Shown: piece by piece, positions 46,564 through 61,585 of the stretch
How positions within the stretch are numbered: position 1 is the first letter of the stretch
How the letters are laid out: each line of letters begins with the position of its first letter
Notes under the pieces: generated by a model
What the model was told of the DNA's origin: nothing
The model's input: the letters and a program-made list of their open reading frames with translations, nothing else
Database searches by the model: none
Assembly: GCF_009914755.1 (NCBI RefSeq)
Contig: NC_060932.1
Source of the DNA: the human T2T-CHM13v2.0 reference genome, Homo sapiens
Reading direction: 5' to 3' (one strand)
DNA: 64,000 bases
Position numbers and translations under genes: made by a program

Positions 46564-48559
46564 TTCGAATTGTCTACTTTTGAAATTAAGGGAAAAACAT
46601 CTACCTTTTCTCTTCCAGACCATGCCAATTAAAAGAGGAAATTCCAGGAGTCAGCAGAAAGGAAACAAAAAGAGAAGGTGATAGAGGAGAGGGGAGACCA
46701 AGTGAAGAGGATGGAGAAGAAACTATAAAAATAAGAGAAGAAGAAGAGTTCATGGCAAATATAGGAAAGAGCCACGAGACAAGAAGGATGGAAATGGGCA
46801 GATGAGAGAAAAGGGAAGAGAGTCTGGGTTCTGAGTTGTTTGCATTATTTGTGTACAGCGTGCGTTCCTTTGGGCTGTCAATATTATTTCAAGATAGAAG
46901 CACCAAGGTGTTTCCTTACCTAATCTCTGAAGTGGCAGACCATCATCACTTCTGCCGGGTTCTATTGGTCAAGCATACCAACCTTTACAAAGTGGCAGGG
47001 AGCTATGCAAGGATGTGAATACCAGGAGGATAGGATCCCTGGGAATGACTTGGAAGGTAGGTGGCATGGTGGGCAGAACCCACAGCCTAGGGTGAGATGG
47101 CAGGAATGTGGAATTCCAGTACCTTAATGTGATATGAACTGATCTGAGTGAATGTGTTTGAACACTCACCACATGCCAAGAGCTCTTCTAATCTCTTTGC
47201 ATGTAGCATCTCATTTAACCCTCTTGACAACTTACCGAGGCAGACACTCTTTATCTAGAGGAGGAAAGTGAGGTACAGAGGTTAGTAGCACAGTGATAAA
47301 GCTGTTATAAGGAAGGACTTGCCAGGACCTGGAGAGAGACTGGGTGTGAGGAAGGTAGGCTGTCACAGTGTCCTGTGGGATTTTTCCTAACTGATAAACC
47401 ACCCTGTATGGTTCAACTGATGCATCCATGCAGGGCTAGGATTCATTCTGACCTCGTCATAGCAGCTTTCCAGGGGCCAATCCCACTCCAGCCTAAAGCA
47501 CCCCATATGCTATCATTTAAACTGCAGTAGGAACTAAGCCTTACACCAGAAATTCCTCCCTGATGGGATTCCTGGAATTGTTCCTAAATAGCTGGGTCTT
47601 ATTTCCTGACAATGCCGCCTGCCCCGAGGCTTGATGTAACTCTGCACAGCTTCTGCAGTTTGGAGAGGCAGGGAAATGCCATTTTGTGTTTGAATCCAGC
47701 AGGTCAGGCTCCTAAAGAGGTCAGGTAGTCCGTGGAGAGGACTACTGGTGTTTACTGTTTATTACATCTCTCCCAATACACAAAATCTGGGGTTCACCAA
47801 AGCAGGCGGTTTTCTTCCACATGCTCCTCTAGGATGGAAAATGCCCTCCAGTGGAAATGCCTTTCCACTGTGCTTCTGCTCAATTTTCCTCCAAGATTTC
47901 CTCTAACTGTGGACTGCCAGCTCCTCCCTGACGTCTTCAGGCACCAAGCCAACCTGTTCTTGTTGCAATCCTCAAGACTCCTTTCAGCATCTTAACTTTT
48001 CCCCCAGTTTTCTTTCATTTTCTCCACCTGTCTGTGTTGACTGCGGTCTCCTTCCTTCCAGCCTTTTCCTTCCTTCATCTTGTCCTACAAAGCCACACGT
48101 GTACCGACAAGTGCCAAAGAGTTTGATCATTTACTTAATGTCAACAAAAGAAAAAAAAAAAAAGCTCCAGAGTCGCCTTGGCCTGCAGCACCCAAGCAGA
48201 GTGAACAAGTGGGGCCTGCGCACCCTCCTACCCTACACCTAGCAAGGAACCCCGAGCTCTGAAACGTGGAAAGGCCCAGATCTGCAGATTTAATCTAAGT
48301 CCTGCAGTCCCCAAGAGATCACAGACTGCAGATCCCTGTCTCATGAACTAAGAGAGGAGAGGACAAGCCTACCCCGGACTACCGCAGCTCGGGGACAGCG
48401 CGCGGGCCAGGCGGCCCGAGATGCGCAGGCCACGCAGCCTCGCCGACGAGTGGCCCTGGAGAGCCTCCAGGCGCCCGGGTGGGGCCGCGATTGCGCCCCG
48501 CCAGTCACCCCGGCATGTGGGCGCGGCGGGGCGGCGCGGGCGGGACGGCTACAAGAGCT

Positions 48560-48709
48560 GTTTTGCGTCCGGGCCGGAGTATTTGCTCAGCCCGCCTGCG
48601 CCGCTTGGGACGCCTCTGCCTTTCCCTCCCTCCCTTCCCCGACGGCTTCTGGCGGCCAAGTGGATGTGGCGGGTGATCGAGCCACCCTGCCCAGGGGCGC
48701 CCAGCACTG
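48560..48709 (+). other. SH2D4A: Alternative first exon 1a (5' boundary approximate)
   Basis: Donor CTG|GTAGGT (GT 48710-48711) followed by intronic G-runs. The TSS cannot be fixed from sequence alone. Confidence 0.72.
48664..48709 (+). CDS. SH2D4A: Alternative N-terminus MWRVIEPPCPGAPST (phase 1) if exon 2 is skipped; start of a uORF if exon 2 is included
   Basis: ATG at 48664, 15 codons plus 1 nt up to the donor, the same phase as the exon 2 donor. Weak Kozak context (T at -3 and +4). Confidence 0.68.
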
Positions 48710-48849
48710 GTAGGTGCTGGGGGTGGGGCGAGGCTTTGGGGAGAGTGTGCGTGGGGTGGGAGTAGGGGGAAGGGAATTTCCTCGGAGGTTGCATGGGTGC
48801 ATGGGAGGCGCAGGGGCCAGAGCGGGCGGGCGGAAGCCTCACCCCCGCC

Positions 48850-48965
48850 TCCACCCCTTCGCGGCGCCCGGGGCGGGCTCAGGTGCGGGGTTGGGCGGCG
48901 AGAGCGGCCGCGGCGGGTGTCCGGTGTCCGGTGTCCGGTGTCCGGTGTCTGGAGCCGCTGGCTAG
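48850..48965 (+). other. SH2D4A: Alternative non-coding first exon 1b (5' boundary approximate)
   Basis: Strong donor TAG|GTGAGC (GT 48966-48967) in the island core, just downstream of GC boxes; no ATG in 48850-48965. Confidence 0.68.
48916..48950 (+). repeat. (GGTGTCC)5 heptamer tandem repeat
   Basis: Four perfect GGTGTCC units plus GGTGTCT, read directly. Confidence 0.95.
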
Positions 48966-49926
48966 GTGAGCGGCGGTCCCCGGGGCCTGGGGGCTTGCAG
49001 GGGGTGGCGGGGGAACTTCGAGGGAGAGGGTCTGCCGGGGCTGAGGACCTTCGGGGAAGTTCTGGAATCCGGCAGGGACACGCGGCGCGTGCTTCCACCC
49101 GCGGGGAGTGCAGGCCCCGGGAGGGTCCGGGCTGGCCTAGAGTTTCTAGACTCCTAGCAGGAGCACGTCCTCGACTTGCGCATGGAAATCTTCCAGGAGG
49201 GAAGTCCCGGGAAACGGTGGCAGCTGGCGCAGCACCCCCGCAGCACGTTCCCCGCGCACCGGCACCCAGGGGCGCCCCCACGTGGGGTCTGGGAGCGCGC
49301 GGAGGCCAGTGCAGCGCCGCCTCCCTCGGGCTGCAGCGGCGGGGCTGGCCCAGACCCAGACCGGGTGCCCAGTGCGCTCAGCCAAGCGGCGCCCCTGCCC
49401 GCTCCTGGACTCGGGGGTCACGCGGGCACCGGAAGGAGCTACAGTTTGTAGGTTTTCTGAGTTGTCTCTCCCTTCCCAGGGAGCTTAGAGAAGCAGCAAG
49501 CGTGGCACCTCCCCCTTTCAAACAGATGCTCCTCATCGCTCCAAAGGCTTTCGTTTGATTGCTGGTTTAATAGAAACAACGACTTGGGTACGATTATTTT
49601 AAAATAGTGAATAAATAAGTGGAAAGCATACAGGGGCATAGATTTGGCATATGAGTGGAATTCTCTATGTATACTAAATCTGTGTGTACAGTAATCTCAA
49701 ATTTCTGAAGAATAGTATATATTTACAAACTGCTGTCATCTCTGGTAATTTGTTTCATCCTCAAAAACAGCCCTTTTGCTGGTAGATGAATAAGATAAAG
49801 TTTCAATAAGAAAACAAAGTTGGACCACAGAGCTGGCTGTTTTAAAAGAATTAGAATTCAAACTGTATTGTTAATGTTATAGTTACACTGTCCATACCAC
49901 AATACTTTTATTTATTTTTTATTTTA

Positions 49927-50025
49927 TTAGGTCGGTGCAAAAGTAATTGCGGTTTTTACGTAAAAAAAACCGCAGTTACTTTTTTTTTGGCCATGTAAAA
50001 CACAATAACTTTTGCACCGACCTAA
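49927..50025. mobile_element. Made1 (Hsmar1-derived MITE), rearranged, 99 bp
   Basis: Left TIR TTAGGTCGGTGCAAAAGTAATTGCGG, right TIR ACTTTTGCACCGACCTAA, TA immediately 5'. Confidence 0.93.
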
Positions 50026-50027
50026 TG

Positions 50028-50318
50028 TTTTTAATTTTTGAGACAGGGTCTCCTTCTGTCACCCAGGCTGTGGTGCAGTGGTGCGATCTCGGCTCACTGT
50101 AGCCTCAAACTCTCCAACTCAAGAGATCCCCCCACCTCAACCTCCCAAGTAGGTGGGACTATAGGTGCGGGCCACCACGCCTGGCTAATTTTTATACTTT
50201 ATGTAGAGACGGAGTTTTGCCATGTTGCCCAAGCAGGTCTTGAACTCCTGAGCTCCAGCAATCCACCCATGTCCACCTCCCAAAGTGTTGGGATTACATG
50301 TAGAACCACTGTGCCCGC
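50028..50318 (-). mobile_element. AluJ (intron 1, antisense)
   Basis: Antisense dimer directly abutting the Made1. Confidence 0.9.
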
Positions 50319-52777
50319 CTACTATTTTTATGATTTAGCCTGTATCTAAGGCCTTTTAAAATTGTATTTTGTTTAGGTCTCAGAGTTATTCAAAAGACAG
50401 TTGTATTGTAGAACAGTGTGAAGGTGTGAGAATCAGGCCAAATCTATGGTATCATGGAAAACAACGGATTCTCTGACCTTTTAGCAATTGGTGTTCAGAA
50501 TAAATAGCAGGTGTGGGCTTGTTGCTTATCATTTCTCTCTTTTAAGAAAGGGGCTGTGTTAGCTGAGCTATTCCTTTGTTGGATCTTGAATAACCGGAGA
50601 TTTGCTGCCCTTGATATAGTATGGGAAAGTCCTCTGAGTTTGAATCAGTATCAGCAATGATTACTTCCTTGTCAGGGAGTGAAAGTAGGAAAGCCCTAGT
50701 TAGTTAATTTCCTGATTTCTATTTCTTCTACCCTGGCTCCACCAGGCTCCTTCGCTTCACAGTAGATTATGTCAGATACCCACACATTAGAAGTCACAGA
50801 CTGAACCAGTCCTCGTTTCACAGATGAGGAAACTGAGTCCCAAGGAGGTGAGGTGACAGCACAGAGTCACACCGCTCACTAGAGGCGGAGCTGGGAGTTG
50901 AGGCTGGAGTGCCTCTGGGTGTCTTGGGTGTACTGTGCTGAGCTTGAGTTGGGGTCTGAGAAAGCCTTGGAGCGGGGGTTAGGGGTTGGGAATTAGAGGG
51001 TGAGGGGGACAGGTGATTTACACCAGTACCATTCAGCAGTGGCAGAATGGCCACATCGTCAACGGCCTGACCACAGATAGTTGTCGGCTGGGTCCCCCAA
51101 GTATTCTTGGAGGCACAAGGAAGCCAGTGTCTTTCCTTCAAGATGAACTAGTTAATTTTAATGTTAGAAATCCACGTTTGCTATAAAAAGTAAAACAAAA
51201 CAACATAAAAATGGAAATAATGTGAGAATTTCATCACAGAGGTGCCATGAACCTCCTTGCACATGTGAGAGGCTGTGCTTTTTGTGCTGTTCTTAGTGTT
51301 TGTTTGGAAGGGGAAATTGTAGAGACGAAGTGGATGACTAAGTGCAAGGGGAAATGGGACTAAGTGTCTGGTGAATACGTGGGTAAGCAATGTCCACACC
51401 TGGGTCAGTGTGACAGTCGGTTCCTTGCTGTCCTTCCTGGCTGGGGTGTGTGCACCTGGCCTCCCCTAAGCTTAGCTACAGTTGACCAGGAGGAGGCTTC
51501 TGCCCTGTGTCAAGCACCATCAGTTCAGCGTTTCTGTTGCTGCAGGAATTTGCTGGCTTCCATTCTGAAATTTCATACATGGCACCACATCCTGCTGTTC
51601 TGATTCTGGGCACACAAATAAACTCACAAAAAGGCCTCTGTGTTGTGTATTACAGTGAAGCTGAGTTAGAGCTGGACTGCCCGGCTCTGCCGCTTACCAG
51701 CTGCTGACCTGTGCTCTATCTTCCTAATCTGTGAGATGGGCATAGTGATGGGCTGGACTCCAAGGGTTATTGTGAAGATTAAGTGAGTTAACACATGTAG
51801 AGTGCTTAATTAAGATGGTGCCTGGTACAAGAAGTGTTAGCTGTGTTATCAGGAATATGCAGGGCGGGGGAGACTGGAGGAATATGACTTTGACACTTTA
51901 AGGGTTTTAGATTCTAGGATCTACCCATGCCTTGAATAGGATTCGCTGCATTCAAAATGGGGAACACAGCAGAAGTCTCAACCCCAGCTGAACTGTTCAT
52001 CTTCTGCCGTGTGTGATTTCTGCGAAAACCAACCATTGAACTTAAGGACATTTACTGGAATGTCAAGGAGTCATTCTGTCTCCTTTCTTACCACTTTATC
52101 TTGGAGCTTGTGGATTTCATTGGCTCCACCCTTTGAGAAGCTGCTAGAAACAAAAAGTCAAAAGTCAAGAAATCTTGACAAGACATCCATTTTTTTTTTT
52201 TTTTTTTTTTTTGGCTGTTCAAGCCTTTAAGGGTATCTCAATGCAAAATACAAAGTTGGCAAGTGGATCTGGGAAGGGCGTGATATTACTTTTAGTCCTT
52301 TAAAATTTTTCTCTTAATGTTTGGTTCCATTTGGATTCTGGTAGTTGAATGCTGCCGAGATGATAGGTTGCAGTCAGTAGGGATAGGTGTAGTTTCATCA
52401 AGGGCCTGGCTTCACAATGAACAGTCAGCGAATCTAAGAGCTGAGTATGCACACCACTCTGTGGTAGCCTAGCTGTTGAGCGTGCTTGTCTCAAAAGACA
52501 GGTGTAAATCAAGGAACTACTTTGCACGGAAGAGGAGGAAGACGGGAAGCTGAAGGAGGCCCCCAGATGGTGAGAGGGGCATTACAAATCTAACTGTATC
52601 AATGACAAGGTGAACGAAGAGAAACCAACAACACTACGATGGTCATAATATAGCTAAGTGACTTGTCTGAAGTTTAAGACTGTTTGAACATAGTATGGAG
52701 AAACAACGTATTTGAGAGCACATGGCAAGGTGGTAAGATTATTGAGGTGTTATTATAAATAACAAATTATTGGTCAA

Positions 52778-53089
52778 TTTCTTTTTTTTTTCTTTTTTTA
52801 TTTTTGAGACAGAGTCTCCCTCTGTTGCCCAGGCTGGAGTGTAGTGGCGCGATCTCGGCTCACTGCAACCTCTGCGTCCTAGGTTCAAGCGATCTCCTGT
52901 CTCAGCCTCTTGAGTAGCTGGGATTACAGGCACCCACCACCATGCCCAGCTAATTTCTGTATTTTTTGTTTTTTTAGTAGAGATGTTGGTCATACTGGTC
53001 AGACTGGTCTCGAACTCCTGACCTCGTGATCCCCCCTCTTTGGCCTCCCAAAGTGCTGGGATTACAGGCGTGAGCCACCCCGCCTGGCC
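52778..53089 (-). mobile_element. AluS (intron 1, antisense)
   Basis: Perfect 16-bp TSD tattggtcaatttctt (52768-52783 / 53090-53105). Confidence 0.96.
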
Positions 53090-54229
53090 TATTGGTCAAT
53101 TTCTTAGGACACATGTGATTCTGAAAAGTTGTAGTAAGTTTTTTTTCTTATATCTTATTACATCGAATCCAAAGTCTTTTGTTTTCCAGAATAGATATAT
53201 TTACATAGTTTCCTGCTGATTACAAAAGTATGATGGTTTATGGGACTTAGAAATTGTTTAAAAATAGAGAGAGAAAGTATGACAGTGTGGTAATATTTTT
53301 AAGCCAATATTTTAAAATAGAAATGTGGAAAGTAGAATGAAACCTCAGTAGGATTTCCAACCACAGGAGAACTTCTAGGAGGCCACTGTGCACTCTCGCT
53401 TTATGGTTTCTCTTTCAAGGAGCCATGCGGTAAAGTCATATAAATGAAGGATCCTTTGTTATGAACCTAATGACCTCTTCATCCCCCTAGTTTATCTGGT
53501 CTGTCCATTTAGATTTTATTAAACTAGGTTATCTGGAAAAAGCACACCTAAAACTCGGTGACCTTCCAGAATGTAGATGGATGTTCTCTCTTGCACCTGC
53601 CCTGATTTTCATGGCTCTAGTAGGTTATCTGGAAATTACATTATCCTTTTGTGAAGAGGAAAGTACATAATTTTGTTTATTTAATGCTACTTTTTAGGGA
53701 AATTGCAGAAAATGCATGGTGGTCTAGTTTTTATTTCTTCCTTTTTCTTCCTTGAGCATGGCTCTATTTTGGTTTGGTTTGGGATGAGTTACTCTGTGAC
53801 ATATCAAAAGTGGTATTTTCTTTTGAAATAGGTACTTTGCAGAGAGCCTTTTAATTTCTTCCTGTGACTTTTTTTTTTCTTTCTTTTTTCAGCCACACAG
53901 TTGGTGGTTTGTTAGGCTCTGGGGTAATAATGTGTTTGCTTAGTTGGGAGCTGGACAAACCTCTGTGAACTTTTTTTGTTTGCCTGAGATTGACCTGTAT
54001 AAAGTTAGGGTTTGTTTTCTTTTTTTTTTTGACAGAGTATCTTTAGAAATTACAGGATAGAGGTTATACAAACTCTTAACAAAGTGTGCCTCAGATTTTC
54101 TTCTTCTCTTTTCTCTCTGAACTGAAAAGTGATACTGTGTTTCCTCCTAGCTTTTTTTTTTAAACCCGTCCTAGCCAGTGTCCACACATTTTAACACGCT
54201 GCCTGAATGTGGGCTCTTTCTCTCTGCAG

Positions 54230-54733
<504 letters not shown>

Positions 54734-55229
54734 TAAATGTTATTGAGAATCTAATAGTGCAGTATGTCCACCTGAAGTCTACACACACACACACAGCATT
54801 CACCATGGAGTTGCATAGCTATGAGGAAATCTTTTACTTGAAACCAGACTAACCTGAAGCTGTATTAAAAAGTCACCTATGAGGTTTGATTTGAGGGGTA
54901 TTAAGAAAGGTTTCTATCTCCTTTATTGTTACTGGTTCCTAATATGCTACTACTAGAACACAAAGTTCTTGTGTCAGTATATTTATAGCAATTGTGTTTG
55001 CATTTCTTAGACCTCAGAGATTTTTCTTTGAGGTATCTTTTTAGGGAACACCTCCTGTTAAAATGTAAGGAATTGCTATAAGGAAAAAAATCATAATACT
55101 ATCTTTTTTTAGTGTGAATGAGTTTCTCAGATGTAAACTTTTCCTCGTTATCAAAGGAATCTCTGGTAGTTTGAGAGGGTTCTTTTGAGACCATGGGGGA
55201 GGAAATCTTTGTACATTAAGACTTAAAGC

Positions 55230-55722
<493 letters not shown>

Positions 55723-56019
55723 TCATGTTTCATTAAACCAGGAAAATAAAATTTTGTAAAATCACATATGGTTTCAAAGATTGAGAAAATGAATCTCTCT
55801 TGCATCCCTGGTATATGCCCAGGTTCACAAAGGAGGTCAGTGTAGCGTCCTTTACTTTTTACTGTCTTTTATTAAAACTTTTTTCCAGTGATGCCTTTAT
55901 CATGACAAGGAAATAAACAGAAATATGTCATTTCCTCTTGTTATGATCAATACAACTATTTATGAAACACCTCCTGTTTCAGACACTATGTGAAGCACAT
56001 TTATGCATATAATGCCTAA

Positions 56020-56399
<380 letters not shown>

Positions 56400-57498
56400 A
56401 TGAAACTTAGATAAGTTGAGTAATATATGCAAGGTTATACCACCAATAGATGCCCAGTTCTGTTGGATTTTACATTATTCTGCACTATCCAAAATACAAC
56501 TTTTCCTCCAACAAATAACATGGCCAAACTGAAACATAACTCTTTTTCTTTCTAAACTGGTTTATGCACCTTCTTGGATTCCCCAGTCAGAGTTTTTCAG
56601 ATATAATTGGGTCTCTTCTGGGCACCATGTTCACTGTGAACATAACATATATTAGTGTGATGGGGTGACCTTGGGGACTAGCAGCCAAAGGGTTCTTGCC
56701 ACTAGAGTCAATGGCCCAGACTCTGTTAGACTTTGGGTTTCTCGTGTTTGCTGAATTGGTCTCCTTGTGATGACTTAAAATAATAATTTCAGTTTCTTTG
56801 CTTACATTTCTCGCTTGTAGGGTTTTGAATCTACCTCTCAGAAACCCTGTGTTAACTTTGTTAGTCAAATGATCATGAGAAAAGTATGTTAATATAAGTG
56901 GGGAAAGTTCTATCAATATCTCACGTCAAAAGTGTATTACTCCCTTAAATTGAAAACTTGGAAAAATATATTTTGCATTAAATTAGTTCCTCTTCTGACT
57001 ACAGAAAGGGAAAAAGTTACTCCCACTTCCCCTAAAATCCCATCACTTCTCTTTCATCTTGCGCTGTCTTTGAAGATAAAGCCATAGACCGTCCAAAGCA
57101 ATGCTGTCATGGCTGGTGCTGCCAGAGGTGCTTATCTGTGCTGCAGACCTGCTAAGCCCATGACCCTTGTGGGTTGACAGGTCACTCGTGCATCTGATCC
57201 CTGAAGGCTTGTGCTCCCTGCCTCCCCTTCTCCCGCCTTTCTGGTTAGTACTGAGCTAAGTGCTGCTTTTTCTTAGCAGTTCTTAGCCACACGGTGGTTT
57301 TGAAGGTTGTTCATTTCATTAAAAACATCATAGGCCACCCCTGCCATTCCTTGACCCCCTCTAGCTTATCACTTAGAAGTTCCTTCATTGTCATCTGGTC
57401 ATTTTTCACTACGAATACACAGACCCCTGTGCTTAGTGTTTGGGGATCATCACTAAAATTGTTGTGTATTGTGCATCACAGAAACTTGTCTATTATTC

Positions 57499-57879
<381 letters not shown>

Positions 57880-58035
57880 TGAAGGCTGAAGTAGAAGGGG
57901 CTGAAAAACTATCAGCATGTGAATTTAACTTAGTACTATATGAGAAGATCATTTCTGATTTCTGTAGTGGGAGAATGTGATACTTAGGGAGAGACGTATG
58001 GATCTACTCTGCTTGCTGGGGTAGCTAGAGGTCTA

Positions 58036-58640
<605 letters not shown>

Positions 58641-61531
58641 ATGGTAGCACCAGCCAGCATTCAATACGCTTAACTGGGTATCAGACCCTGAGCATTGAGA
58701 TTAAGTATATTGTCTCACTAAATAATCACAGCTAAGCCTGAAGTGTGTGTTGCTATTCACTTTTCACAGATGAGGAAAGTCAAGCTCAGGGACGTTCATT
58801 AACTTGGCCAGGGCAAACAGTAAGTGACACAGCTGGAATAGATCCTGGGTCTCATTCTCCCAAAGCCAGCACTGTAAACAAATAAACTACACGTAGAGCT
58901 TAACTGGAGCTTAATGACAGTGACTTTTGTCTGAAGCTACCTTCACTGGACCTTAATGACAGTGACTTTTATGTGAAGGCGCCTTGCGCACATCTAAAAC
59001 ATGTGCTCGCGTCAGGAATCTGCCACAGAGCCTTCTTCTTGGGTGATTTTATTGGGTAACGCAAACAGAAGACGCCTTCGCTTAGCAGCGTGTTTCCCAG
59101 CACTTGTTTCATGGGGTCTATGTCAAGTTGATGGAAACCTAATGCAATGGGCTGAGATCTGGTTGCTGTGCAAGGTGCGGAAGGGGCTCCTCTGTGTGCC
59201 CTTGAAACAGACTTGGATTCATACAGCTTTTTTTGCTGCGTTCTCATTGTTCCCAAGGGGGCAGATCCTTTATGAAAAGCTTTCCCTCTATTTTTGTGAA
59301 ATAATGTTAAGGCCATTGGTTCATGCCATTGACAGTGTTTGCCTCCCTGTCTTTCCCTTTTGAACTCACTGCATGCAGTAGGGCTATCAGCACAGGGGCA
59401 TCACCTGCTGGATTCCTTCCTTATCTTGATCAATTCCTCAGCCGCCTCTGACTCTAGATGCCTCTTGGTGTCTCTCTCTTGGAGTTGCCGCCCAGTCACG
59501 AGTGTCTTGCTCTCTCCCTGTTTCTTTTTTCTTCTCTGCCTTCATCTTGAATATCTGTATTCCCCAGGGGGTGCCTCACACTGCACTGGTGGTTTGTGGT
59601 TTTGAGATGAGGCTGGGGGATCATAGACTCCTTTGAAAATTTACTGAAAGCTTAGAGCTAGGAAAATGCACAGAGACACCATTCTGTGTATAATCTCACA
59701 ATGTTCATAGACTCCCTGAAGCTCATTCATAGACTCTCAGGGGTTCGCAGATCCTAGGGTAAGGTGAAAGTTCTGATTATCTCCCTAGGGCAACTCTTAT
59801 AACCTTTAAACGTGAAACATCACCTTCATGCCAGTGACTCAAACCCAGATTGCCAAGCCAGACCTCTCACCCGAGTGTTGGTTGCCTGGTGAGCACCTCC
59901 GTTCAGAAGACCTGTAAGCCTTGCAAGCTTGATGCAAAACCCAATTCACCAGCATCACTCCAACTCCCTCCGGCGTCTGCTGGTCCTGCCTTTTACTCTC
60001 TATGATGATGGGTGGTATTGCTCTGTTCCCAGTCACCAAAACCAGAACTCCAGGAGCCACGCTGTTTCCTCCCTGACCCTCACTCACCCACCTAGTCTCT
60101 GATGCCTTGGGTTTTGCTTCATCAGTCCCATTCCATAGAGATTTCCCACTACCAAGATACTGTTCTGTTAGGATGTGCCAAGCATAAGATTTGTATTCAT
60201 ATGATTTCATTTAATCCTCACAAGGATCCGGTCAGGTAAATCTTGCCCCCTTTATTGTTACAAATAAGGAAACATACTTAGAGACATAATTTGCATGAGT
60301 CAGTGGTAGAGTTAGGATTTGAACTCAGATACAGTTCAACTCCAAGTCTGTCCTGAACTACTGGCCCTGAGCCCCACTTTTCTGTTCCCCCAACTCTGGG
60401 CTTTATAATTAAACTGGGATTGGCTTCCTAGCTGCGTGGCGAACATCTTTTTTGGGTAACACTGTCAACTTCCTTGAGCCATGGGCTTCACTGATGTCCT
60501 CTCTCTATTTTCTAGTTCTTCCATCTGCTTTTCCAGCGGAGGTTCTCTCGTTTCTATACTGCCCTCTGCTTCCCTAGGCTGTAGTGCCATGCAGGTTCCC
60601 CAACTTTCTTTCTCTCCTCATCTCTAAATAAGCATAAAAATTTATTAAAATGTTTAAAAATCCACTTTGATATTAATAACTTCAGGATTGTTACGTATGC
60701 TAACAAATATAGGAAATAATGGGGAAAGCAACAGTTTGAATCATTTCAGGAAGTTCTGATAGAAATGGGCCTTGGCCTTCATTAAAATGAATACGGGGCT
60801 AGACCTAGCGTTTTCATCACCCTGCCGCTCTGTGGAGCTGGGAAAGAACATGATGGCAACTTCACATCCCTGCTTGCCCAGTGGGGTCCTGTGTGTGGTT
60901 GCCACCCCAGCGTCCCTTTTCAATTGCTCCATTTTCACCCTCCAAAGCATTTCAGTTTGGACTGTATGAGGTAAGCTGGCCTAAACAAGTTTTGCCATCA
61001 CTCATGCAGAACGGTTTTGAATTCTGTTCTCAGTGTTTACTAGCTCTGTGATCTTGGGCAAGTTATTTAACTTCCTTGAGCCTCAACTTCCTCATTGCAA
61101 AATAGGTGAGTAATCACCTGAGCTGATATTTAGTGACAGATAGGGCATGGGCATCAACCAGTTGGAAGGGATGTGGGCCCTGCCAGTCAGGCATTTGTCT
61201 TCTGGTTTCTGGGTCAGTTGAGGGGAACCGGGGTGTCCCAAAGGAGAGGCCAGAGGGAAGGAAGATCCACTTGGGACAATATGGCAGTGGTTTCTGGGAG
61301 TCTGCCAGCATGGTAACAACCTTGGTGTTGGTGGGCACCTTGCTTCCATCAGCCCTGATGAGACCCCACTGTAGTTAATATGGAACGTTGCTACCACTGT
61401 CCCCTCTACCTCATAGGAGGCCCTGGTGTTGACTCTCTTTTGCAGCTGTTGGCTCAGTCTTTGGTCTTTTCTTTGTGGGGATAAAGTACATGATTCTCCT
61501 TCCCTTTCTCTCTGTTCTCTTCCCCCACATC

Positions 61532-61585
61532 GTGTGTGTGTATGTGTGAGTGTGTGTGTGTGTAGTGTGTGTGAGAGCATGTGTG
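61532..61585 (+). repeat. Imperfect (TG)n microsatellite
   Basis: Read directly. Confidence 0.9.

Larger units (their letters stand above)
48370..49510 (+). promoter_or_regulatory. SH2D4A: CpG island / SH2D4A promoter
   Basis: Abrupt switch to very GC- and CpG-rich sequence, with GC boxes (GGGGCGG ~48527, GGGCGGGCGG ~48824), no clear TATA box and two 5' splice sites, ~5 kb upstream of the first coding exon. Confidence 0.93.

Noticed and set aside
48505-49558. Long ORFs of 253 aa (+) and 258 aa (-) over the promoter
   Set aside because: Low-complexity Gly/Arg/Pro/Ala translations are expected in CpG islands, where stop codons are rare. No recognisable domain, and they run through splice donors.
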